DNA of 64,000 nucleotides from Candidatus Heimdallarchaeum endolithica (GTDB lineage Archaea; Asgardarchaeota; Heimdallarchaeia; Heimdallarchaeales; Heimdallarchaeaceae): NCBI GenBank assembly GCA_021513715.1, contig CP084167.1, positions 2,144,001 to 2,208,000 of the forward strand, read 5' to 3'. Shown piece by piece: positions 56,552 to 64,000 of this stretch (position 1 is its first letter; each line of letters starts with the position of its first letter). The notes under the pieces were generated by a model. It saw only the letters and a program-made list of their open reading frames with translations, ran no database searches and was not told where the DNA came from. The position numbers and the translations under genes were made by a program.

Positions 56552-57238
56552 TTGATAAAAAATGTTGATATAAGGAACTTTAGCCCTGTTCTGTTGCACG
56601 AACCAATGTATTTTAAGATAGATAAAAAAGGAAAACTTTTCGTAGACTTTGGTAACTCAAGAATGATAGAGAAAAGAGAAGCTTGGATAAAATATTTAAA
56701 AGAAAAGTACAATTTAAGTGAGGGAAAACTGTCTATTCTGAAAAAAAGAGCAGGGCTATCAACAGCAATAAAACAAGGAATGTCTATAAACGGAGTAAAT
56801 ATGCTGAAAGGAAAAGAAGAAGATATAGCTCTGATAATAGTGATTATGTGGGAATACCAACAAGTATGGAACAAAGTAGGAGAAAAATTCGTGGAATTGA
56901 TAAAAGAAAAAGGTTTTTCGAATGCCAGAAAAGAGAATGCCAGAAAAGAGAATGCCAGAAAAGAGAATGCCAGAAAAAAGAATGCAAAAAAAGAATATGA
57001 AGTGACTAATCAAAACAAGATAAGAGTGAAAGAAGGAAAAGAAAAAAGAGAATACAAAGTTAAACTGGTGGGAGAAAAAGAAAAAAAGCCAAACGTACAA
57101 AAGAAAAAAGTAAACTTACCAGAAGAAAACGAATTGGTAAAGAAATACTTGAAGAGATTAAGAGAAATAGCAGAGAGTGAAGTATTCAAAGGCAAAAAGG
57201 GGGAAATAATAACAATAATAAGAAAACTAAAAATGTAA
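56552..57238 (+). CDS. Hypothetical protein or gene fragment (frame open from 56438) containing a (K)ENAR repeat
   Basis: Purine-rich ORF with no clear start; the stop abuts the tRNA-Arg 3' end. Confidence 0.5.
   Translation: MIKNVDIRNFSPVLLHEPMYFKIDKKGKLFVDFGNSRMIEKREAWIKYLKEKYNLSEGKLSILKKRAGLSTAIKQGMSINGVNMLKGKEEDIALIIVIMWEYQQVWNKVGEKFVELIKEKGFSNARKENARKENARKENARKKNAKKEYEVTNQNKIRVKEGKEKREYKVKLVGEKEKKPNVQKKKVNLPEENELVKKYLKRLREIAESEVFKGKKGEIITIIRKLKM
56920..56994 (+). repeat. 15-bp coding tandem repeat GAATGCCAGAAAAGA, about 5 copies
   Basis: Three perfect and two degenerate copies encoding NARKE. Confidence 0.92.
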
Positions 57239-57334
57239 TGGCGACCCTGGGCGGATTCGAACCGTCGACCGCTGACTAGCTTCTCTCAACTGAGATTAGA
57301 AGGCCAGCGCTCTATCCTGCTGAGCTACAGGGTC
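57239..57334 (-). tRNA. tRNA-Arg(TCT) with a 19-nt canonical 37/38 intron (57278-57296); CCA encoded
   Basis: Acceptor GACCCTG/CAGGGTC; anticodon stem CTGGC/GTCAG; BHB CTTC-TAA...GAAG-CTA; TTCGAAT T loop. Confidence 0.95.
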
Positions 57335-57514
57335 TTATTTTTCCTTTTGATTCTCTTTTTTACAATTCTATCTTAAACTTTTTTGTATTTGACTTAAGTC
57401 TTACTCTTCTACTTTTTCTACTCAATGTCCGTTTTTTACTTTTTCTGCTTTTGTATATTTTTTCCTTTTTTTTTATTCACTCTATCTTTATTTTCTTAAT
57501 GTTATTACTCTCTT

Positions 57515-57565
57515 TGATAGTGATAGTTGATAGCACTATTGATAGTGATAGATGTAATATGATAG
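57515..57565. repeat. Cluster of six TGATAG hexamers
   Basis: Copies at 57515, 57521, 57528, 57540, 57546, 57560. Confidence 0.8.
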
Positions 57566-57976
57566 CTAAAAAGAAAGTTAACTAAAGAGGAAAGGAATCT
57601 GTATCTAAAAATGAATAAACTAGCAGGAAAAGAAAAGAGTAAGCTAACAATGATATGTGCTTAAAGCTTATTAAGAAGATACAAAGAGAAAAAGAAAGAG
57701 AAAAAGAAAAAGAAAAAGAAAAAGAAGGAAGGAGAAAAGGTTATTCTATAAACAAACAACTTCAATCTAAAAAAGGTTCATCTAAAAAAATTAATATTTG
57801 AATACTCGGGTTGAATATGTTTCCCCAACACTTACTTCCTATTATAAGAGCAAAGGAATTAAACTTTTGAGGTTATAATTAAAAGCTCTTTTAATATGTC
57901 TTTTAAACGAATATTTGATAAGCTTTTTATATAAGTATATCGATAATTCTTTAGACTTACTAAAGGTGGATTTGAA

Positions 57977-58969
57977 GTGTATAAAAAAGAAACTTTTTTT
58001 GTAATCTTCATAACATTGACAATGTCTGTAATCCCAGCTTTTACTACTCCCACTGTTTCAGTGTTGGCTGTTAAAATGGATAATGATTTGTCAATTGATG
58101 CAGCGATTAGAACTCTCGAACAGAATACACCTGGTATTCATGTTGTTGAGTATGGGTCCTTCGAATATAATCTCCTTTTGTGGAGATCAATCAATCCCAC
58201 AATTTGGATATCACACGGTTCTGAGGAAGGATTTAAGCTAAATGGTGAAATATGTGACTGGTCAAATCTTGAAAAACCTATTAGAACTACTAAAAATAAA
58301 GATATTATCCTTTCTTGCCACTCAGATAGTCTAATTAAACAGACTTCTCTCACTGATAAGGATGTTATTACCTTTAATAGCGCTGTTGATGCTGAATTAG
58401 GTGCACTATTAGTTTCATACGCTCTTACTAATAACAATGGAATCATTAATAAAATTAAATCAAGGATTGAAACAGTTATTTACAGTCCTAAATCTTACAC
58501 TCCTTTGGCATTAAGTGGTATTGAACTTGGCTATTGGACAGTTATGACTATTGTAACTTTACTTATGATTTTACTTGATGTTTATATGGATCCCGAATGG
58601 AATATTATCCAACAAACTGCTATCAAACTTATTGTAATAGGAAAAGTAGGTATTATTACCACTCTATGCTGGCTAGCTCAAGGATGGATTAGCTTTACTA
58701 GTGCCATTGCTGATATGATCGGTTTTATTGTAGATGTGGTAGAATATTTAATACAATTTTTCTATGCTGCGAGTTGGTGGGAAAAACTAATTTATGGTGC
58801 ATGTATAATTGGAGGCTTGATTATATTAGCAGCGGAGCTTACAGCGACAGCAGGTCAATCTGCTTGGTGGAAATTATTTGCTGCTAGTGTTACTATTATA
58901 GCTTTAGCTGCAAATGTTGCTGCTGACTGGATAGATGGTGATGGTGGAAGATACGATATAGTAGGTTAA
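57977..58969 (+). CDS. Secreted protein with a caspase/CHAT-like His-Cys domain and a hydrophobic multi-helix C-terminus
   Basis: Signal peptide; IWISHG and IILSCHS; about 150 aa of hydrophobic C-terminal helices. Confidence 0.6.
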   Translation: MYKKETFFVIFITLTMSVIPAFTTPTVSVLAVKMDNDLSIDAAIRTLEQNTPGIHVVEYGSFEYNLLLWRSINPTIWISHGSEEGFKLNGEICDWSNLEKPIRTTKNKDIILSCHSDSLIKQTSLTDKDVITFNSAVDAELGALLVSYALTNNNGIINKIKSRIETVIYSPKSYTPLALSGIELGYWTVMTIVTLLMILLDVYMDPEWNIIQQTAIKLIVIGKVGIITTLCWLAQGWISFTSAIADMIGFIVDVVEYLIQFFYAASWWEKLIYGACIIGGLIILAAELTATAGQSAWWKLFAASVTIIALAANVAADWIDGDGGRYDIVG

Positions 58970-59064
58970 TCCTTCTATATTTTTCTTTTTCTTTTTCTTT
59001 TTCTTTTTCTTTTTTTTGTTGGGTTCAGCAGCAAGAATTTATAAACAAAAATAAAAAGGTCTTT

Positions 59065-59913
59065 GTGATGAAGGAAGTCATTAGATTTAAACATTATTTT
59101 GGCTATGGTCGAACTAGATCTATCTTGAAAAAGAATAGTAGAGCTAAACTAATTTTTTTAATATTAAACATCATTCAATGTTTTTTCTACATCCTTATTA
59201 GCTTAAGTTGGTCTTATTTAAACATTTATTTCTTTCTCCTTACTGCTACTAAGTTAGTTGTCATTTACTCACTAGTCATGTTCCCTTTAGTTGTTTTTGT
59301 AGATAATAAAGAGGTCCTTCCTTTATGGAATATAAAGGAGAATAGGAAAAAAATAATTGAAGAAAAGATTCTATTTAACTTGGTTAACGCATTAAAGTTT
59401 TTTCTGCTTAATGTTGGAATAATTTTGATTTTGAAGTTTTCAGGTGTAATTGAGAAGTGGGATAAGACTAACCCTAGTATCACTGTTAGCTTTTATACAC
59501 CTAATGCTCTTGAAGCGATACTAATTGGTTTATTGGTTATTCTCTGTTTCTTTTCGATAATTATCATTAATTACTGGTTTTCACTGCGGTTTATTAGAAT
59601 AGAAGGTTTTGTAGAAGAAACGCAGTTGTTAAAACTAAATAAAAAGAAAATTCTAAGTGGGACTGTTCCTTTTCTGTGTCTCTTTTGGTTTGTTCTCTGG
59701 GGTCTACTTGACCAGGGGTTTATGCTAAATAAATTAAACCGAAATTTTGAAGGAGCAGAAAAAATGTTTGATTTTATTGTGAAAGCTAATTTCTGGGTTT
59801 TAATCTGGGAAATAAGCATCTTAATTATACTTTTTATTGCTCTTATGGCAGACGTAAAACGAATGAAAAGATTTGACATCCAAATTGCAACAAAAATGAT
59901 TATTCCTAAATAA
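59065..59913 (+). CDS. Polytopic membrane protein (about 6 TM) of unknown function
   Basis: Alternating hydrophobic helices and basic loops; co-oriented downstream of the 57977 gene. Confidence 0.7.
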   Translation: MMKEVIRFKHYFGYGRTRSILKKNSRAKLIFLILNIIQCFFYILISLSWSYLNIYFFLLTATKLVVIYSLVMFPLVVFVDNKEVLPLWNIKENRKKIIEEKILFNLVNALKFFLLNVGIILILKFSGVIEKWDKTNPSITVSFYTPNALEAILIGLLVILCFFSIIIINYWFSLRFIRIEGFVEETQLLKLNKKKILSGTVPFLCLFWFVLWGLLDQGFMLNKLNRNFEGAEKMFDFIVKANFWVLIWEISILIILFIALMADVKRMKRFDIQIATKMIIPK

Positions 59914-60664
59914 AAAGATAAGTTTATAACGCTTGAAAAACTGTGCGAAGCAAGAGGAAAGAAAAATACAGAATTGTAATGGTGAGGGATTCTTGGGTAA
60001 AGTTGACAAAATCAAATTATAAATAATAGTAGCAAAAAGCAAAAATAATGTTACTAGCATAAAATATTAGAATAGAAATTGCACAGAAAATTAAAAGTGA
60101 GAGGAGGACCTAATTACTTTCCTCTTTTTTCACATTCACAATTATTATGCTTACGCTGATTATCTTTGCAGTACTTTTCTTCTGATGTATGTTTTCTCTC
60201 ATCAACTTAATTTTTGTACAATATTTTTGTACGCCAATCTTGCTCTCGGAAAGATCTGTCTAGGAGGGAGATCTAAACACTCATTGAGCCAGAGGAGAAG
60301 GTTGAGCACTCCTCCACCGTGGAAACTGGATGAATAAATCCTCTCACACGGGAAAGTTAAGTCGTATTCAAATTTTCTTTGATTTCTTTCTTTATGCGAA
60401 TGTTTTTTTTTATCCTGACACGCCGTGCCAGCTTAGAGAGTAAGTATTTTTCTTAACATCTATCTTTTTTTTTCACTCTCTACATTAATAATGTCTTTTC
60501 ACTATTTAAACACCAATTTTTTAATTTGACAAAAATGTACAAAAAAGCTCTTCATGAAACCAATCGTACAAATATATAATAAAAAGAAAAGGTGAACCAA
60601 AACCTTATGACCCATCAATCATTAATATTTGAATCAATTTATAAAAAAGGAAAAACGGATTATT

Positions 60665-60732
60665 AAAAAGTCCAATGATAACAAGAACTCCAAGCAATGA
60701 AAAACAGAGAATAAAAACAGAGAATAAGAGGG
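60665..60732 (+). repeat. 68-bp direct repeat, copy 1
   Basis: 65/68 identical to 63421-63488, with the first 46 nt identical. Confidence 0.92.
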
Positions 60733-60790
60733 TGATATTATTTACGATAAAACGATTAGTTTTTTAGCCACCTAGTTATAATAATAATAG

Positions 60791-62071
60791 ATGACTAGTG
60801 TTCATAAGCAGTATCTCGACAAGAATGTTTACGAAGCGACAATTGAGCGTTTAGAGCTTATACTAGATGAATTTGAAAAAGTATACATCTCTTTTTCAGG
60901 AGGAAAAGATTCTTCTGTTTTACTGCAAATATTATTAGAAGTAGCGGAGAGAAAGGGAAAACTACCTGTAGGTGCACTGTTTGTTGATCTGGAGGCACAG
61001 TATAAAGCTACTATCAGACATGTTGAAGAGATGATTATTGATAACCCAAAGGTTGAGCCCTATTGGATTTGTCTCCCTATTAATCTGCGTAATGCAGTAT
61101 CAGTCTATCAGAGCCAATGGCAATGTTGGAACCCAGAAGAGAAAGAAAAATGGGTAAGAGAGATGCCGAAATATGATTGTGTCATCTCAGATGTAAACTT
61201 TTTTCCTTTTTTCCGTTATGGAATGGAATTTGAAGATTTTGTTCCAAAATTTGGAGAATGGTACGCGAAGGGAAAAAAGACCGCTTGTCTCGTAGCTATC
61301 AGAACAGACGAAAGTTTAAACCGCTTCAGAACAATTAAGAGCACAAAAAAGGAGACGTACAAAGGGTTGGGATACTCAACAAAAATAAGTGAAAACGTCT
61401 ATAACTTCTATCCTATTTACGATTGGAGAACAGAGGATATATGGACAGCAGTAGGTAAGTTCAACTTCAAATATAATAAAATATACGACCTAATATATAT
61501 GAAAGGAAAATCTATACATGAAGCGAGAATATGCCAACCGTACGGAGACGACCAGAGAAAAGGGCTAGAACTATTCCGTTATACTGAACCAGATACATGG
61601 GCAAAGGTAGTAGAAAGGGTCTCGGGGGCGAATTATGGGAACATGTATGTCAACACCTACTTGATGGGAAGAAGAAAAGTAATCTTACCAGAGGGACATA
61701 CATGGAAAAGCTATACAGAGTTCTTATTAAACACCTTACCCAGATTTGAAAAAGAGTGGTACTTAAGAAAATTCGATGTTTTCTTCAAATGGTGGGCGAA
61801 AAAAGGAAATTATTATTACCCGAGATATGATAGAGAAAAAGAAAAATTCGTTTATGAAGTAATAGACGAACATAACTATGCAGATGGACTACCTAAAGTA
61901 ATACCAGACTACGCAGAAAGGAAAATGGAAACAGAAAGAAAAGTGCCTTCGTGGAGAAGATTGGCAGAAGTGATAATAAAAAATGACAAACTGTGTAAAA
62001 GGTTAACTTTCTCAGGAACAGTAGGACAATATGCACTATACGAGCACTTGAGGGATGTGTATGGATATTAA
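60791..62071 (+). CDS. PAPS reductase/DUF3440 protein (YbdN/IbrA family)
   Basis: SFSGGKDS, DLEAQY, IRTDESLNR, PIYDW, RICQPYGDDQR, PSWRR. Confidence 0.9.
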   Translation: MTSVHKQYLDKNVYEATIERLELILDEFEKVYISFSGGKDSSVLLQILLEVAERKGKLPVGALFVDLEAQYKATIRHVEEMIIDNPKVEPYWICLPINLRNAVSVYQSQWQCWNPEEKEKWVREMPKYDCVISDVNFFPFFRYGMEFEDFVPKFGEWYAKGKKTACLVAIRTDESLNRFRTIKSTKKETYKGLGYSTKISENVYNFYPIYDWRTEDIWTAVGKFNFKYNKIYDLIYMKGKSIHEARICQPYGDDQRKGLELFRYTEPDTWAKVVERVSGANYGNMYVNTYLMGRRKVILPEGHTWKSYTEFLLNTLPRFEKEWYLRKFDVFFKWWAKKGNYYYPRYDREKEKFVYEVIDEHNYADGLPKVIPDYAERKMETERKVPSWRRLAEVIIKNDKLCKRLTFSGTVGQYALYEHLRDVYGY

Positions 62072-62687
62072 AAAAATAAATCAAAAAATAGAAAAAATAA
62101 AAGAAGAAATGAAGTTTCTGGAAGAACTAGAACTAGAAGAAAAAGTAGAAGCAATAAACAAACTAAAAATAGCACTAGCAGAATATAGCCCATTCGAAGA
62201 ACCAGTAGACGTGGTAATGTGGGTGAAAGCGGAAAATGTAGTGGCAAACGATTACAACCCAAATAGAGTAGCACCACCAGAAATGAAATTACTAAAACTG
62301 TCAATAGAACAAGACGGATTCACACAACCAATAGTAGGTTATAAAGCAGATGGAGCAGTAATAATAGTAGACGGGTTCCACAGAAACAGAGTAGGAAGAG
62401 AAGAAGAAAAAATAAGAAAAAGATTACATGGATACTTGCCGATAACAGTGATAGATAAACCACTAAGAGAAAGAATGGCGTCAACAATAAGACACAACAG
62501 AGCAAGAGGAACACACCAGATAGGATCAATGGCAGAACTGGTAGCAGAACTACACTTCATGGGGTGGAGCGATAAAAAAATAGCAGAACAACTAGGAATG
62601 GAAAAAGATGAAGTACTAAGGTTCAAACAATTCAAAGGATTAGGAGACCTGTTCAAAAACAGGCAATTCTCAAAAGCATGGCAATAA
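62055..62687 (+). CDS. ParB/Srx-like protein (YbdM/IbrB family)
   Basis: ANDYNPN, DGFTQPIV, IVDGFHR, STIRHNRARG, C-terminal HTH. Confidence 0.92.
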   Translation: MCMDIKKINQKIEKIKEEMKFLEELELEEKVEAINKLKIALAEYSPFEEPVDVVMWVKAENVVANDYNPNRVAPPEMKLLKLSIEQDGFTQPIVGYKADGAVIIVDGFHRNRVGREEEKIRKRLHGYLPITVIDKPLRERMASTIRHNRARGTHQIGSMAELVAELHFMGWSDKKIAEQLGMEKDEVLRFKQFKGLGDLFKNRQFSKAWQ

Positions 62688-62803
62688 AGGAGAAAACAGG
62701 CAATTCTCAAAAGCATGGCAATAAAGGAGAAAACAGGAAATTCTCAAAAGCATGGCAATAAAGGAGAAAACAGGAAATTCTCAAAAGCATGGCAATAAAG
62801 GAG
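62656..62803 (+). repeat. 37-bp tandem repeat, 4 copies, overlapping the ParB-like gene stop
   Basis: AAAACAGG(C/A)AATTCTCAAAAGCATGGCAATAAAGGAG at 62656, 62693, 62730, 62767; no spacers. Confidence 0.95.
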
Positions 62804-63420
62804 AAAAAGATAAGCAGAGATAAGCAGAGATAAGGAAGAAAGGAAAGAAAAAAAGAAAATAAGTATAAAGAGAAAAAATAATGAAGAAAATAAAACCTTA
62901 ACACAATTGAGAATTAGAAAATAATAAGCAAGAAATGAATGCACTTTTCTAATTAACTCGGATTTTTATACAAAATTTTGGCAATGTAATCTAACACTCA
63001 AGAAAGGAATATGCGGAAAAGAGGAAAAACTAACAATCATTGAGACATGAATGAGATAGTTGGAATAAAATAGAATAAAATAGAATAAAATAGAATAAAA
63101 TAAAAATGATGATGGCTTACTGTTTCTTTATTTGACTTGATTGTATGATTATTTTATTCAAAAGTCTAATGCGTTTAAATCAGATAAGTAAGATCAACTA
63201 TTGAAAAATCTAATTAAAAACCTATTTTTGTAAGTTTTATGAAGAAGGATGATAGTATACAATTGCTTAGATCACAAATCTAATACTGATAAAAAAAAAA
63301 AGAAAAAGAAAAAGAAAAAAAAGTAGCTGTAAGGGAACCTGAAAGATTACCTCCTATGGAAAAAGAGAAAAAAAAGAAAAAGAATTAGAAAAAATGTTTT
63401 TAGAAAAATTGAGACAAATA

Positions 63421-63488
63421 AAAAAGTCCAATGATAACAAGAACTCCAAGCAATGAAAAACAGAGAGTAAATAAAGAGAATAAGAGGG
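63421..63488 (+). repeat. 68-bp direct repeat, copy 2
   Basis: Matches 60665-60732. Confidence 0.92.
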
Positions 63489-63503
63489 AGGAGCCTATTG
63501 AAT

Positions 63504-63995
63504 TTATTTTGGTTTATTTTTTTTCATTTCTGTTGTTATTGCCTCCCATATCCTATAATAAAAAGTCATACCTAGTTTCACATTTTCATATTTTTGTATT
63601 TTATATCTTATATCTTGCGGATTTTCGTTGTAGTAATTTTTTATATCATAATAATTTTCTATTGTTCCGTATACATCTTCCCATATCAAGTATTCTTTGT
63701 ACATTGTTTTCAGTGCTTCTTCATAGTTCATTAATCCATATTTTGTTATTGGATAGATTAATCCTTTTTTTACATCATTGTTTTTCTTGTATGAAATAGC
63801 TACACGATGAAAAGTACCTCCTTCATCTTCTACAAGCTTTAAATTTAATTTATCGTATTTTTTATATAAACAAAACACATTCACTGAGTTAGTTAATTCT
63901 TCCATTGATATTTTTACTTCTTCTACATTTTCTTCTTCTGCTTTCATGTATGCTAGTGCTATTAAAGAATTCAACATTTCTATTGATATTCCCAT
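63504..63995 (-). CDS. Hypothetical protein (may extend beyond the window)
   Basis: 163-aa ORF with protein-like composition; no motif recognised. Confidence 0.6.
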   Translation of the reverse strand: MGISIEMLNSLIALAYMKAEEENVEEVKISMEELTNSVNVFCLYKKYDKLNLKLVEDEGGTFHRVAISYKKNNDVKKGLIYPITKYGLMNYEEALKTMYKEYLIWEDVYGTIENYYDIKNYYNENPQDIRYKIQKYENVKLGMTFYYRIWEAITTEMKKNKPK

Positions 63996-64000
63996 CTCAT

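Noticed and set aside
52445-57238. att duplication of the tRNA-Arg 3' end delimiting an integrated element
   Set aside because: No second copy of TGGCGACCCTGGGCGG was seen by eye and there is no integrase in the window.
57685-57735. GAAAAA runs (also TTTTTC runs near 58981-59015 and A-rich runs near 63290-63390)
   Set aside because: Low-complexity purine or pyrimidine tracts, at most terminator-like; no specific structure.
60239-60444. RNase P RNA, SAM/cobalamin riboswitch, hammerhead ribozyme or retron msr-msd
   Set aside because: Conserved cores do not match in order, a long T-rich insert is present, and no reverse transcriptase is nearby; kept only as an unassigned structured RNA.
62656-62803. 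CRISPR array (37-bp repeat length is CRISPR-like)
   Set aside because: Units are head-to-tail with no spacers, derive from coding sequence, and no cas genes are present.
63431-63799. 122-aa plus-strand ORF starting in the direct repeat
   Set aside because: Overlaps the more protein-like minus-strand ORF 63504-63995 and has a low-complexity antisense composition.

Overview
AT-rich archaeal chromosomal window, very probably from an Asgard archaeon (Heimdallarchaeia-like). This is inferred from the co-occurrence of PolD, Cdc6, an EF-2 paralogue, Rab-like GTPase and roadblock proteins, an OSTC/DC2 homologue, a STT3-like AglB and a UFL1-like protein. Positions 1 to ~52.8 kb are mostly core genes: uS10, eL30, EF-1A, EF-2 paralogue, Cdc6, intein-containing DP2, DP1, RPA, RadB, NadE, PpdK, SurE, Lsm and two ABC systems. 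From ~52.9 kb to 64 kb, around an intron-containing tRNA-Arg, the DNA is accessory and repeat-rich. It holds a TnpB-only IS, a secreted caspase/CHAT-like protease with a hydrophobic tail and a membrane partner, and an IbrA/IbrB-like (PAPS reductase + ParB) pair between 68-bp direct repeats. Best leads: (1) a candidate programmed -1 frameshift (T_TTT_TTC) fusing a MoxR AAA+ ATPase to its VWA partner; (2) a KaiC-like ATPase/roadblock/FIST/small GTPase/Zn-finger signalling operon; (3) a TnpB with a Fanzor-type rearranged RuvC site and a predictable omega-RNA, TAM and guide; (4) a putative self-processing toxin-immunity pair; (5) an ORB plus TTCACA-repeat origin candidate upstream of polD; (6) an unannotated C/D box sRNA predicted to guide Cm34 of tRNA-Leu(CAA). 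All family assignments come from motif recognition by eye; no searches were run.
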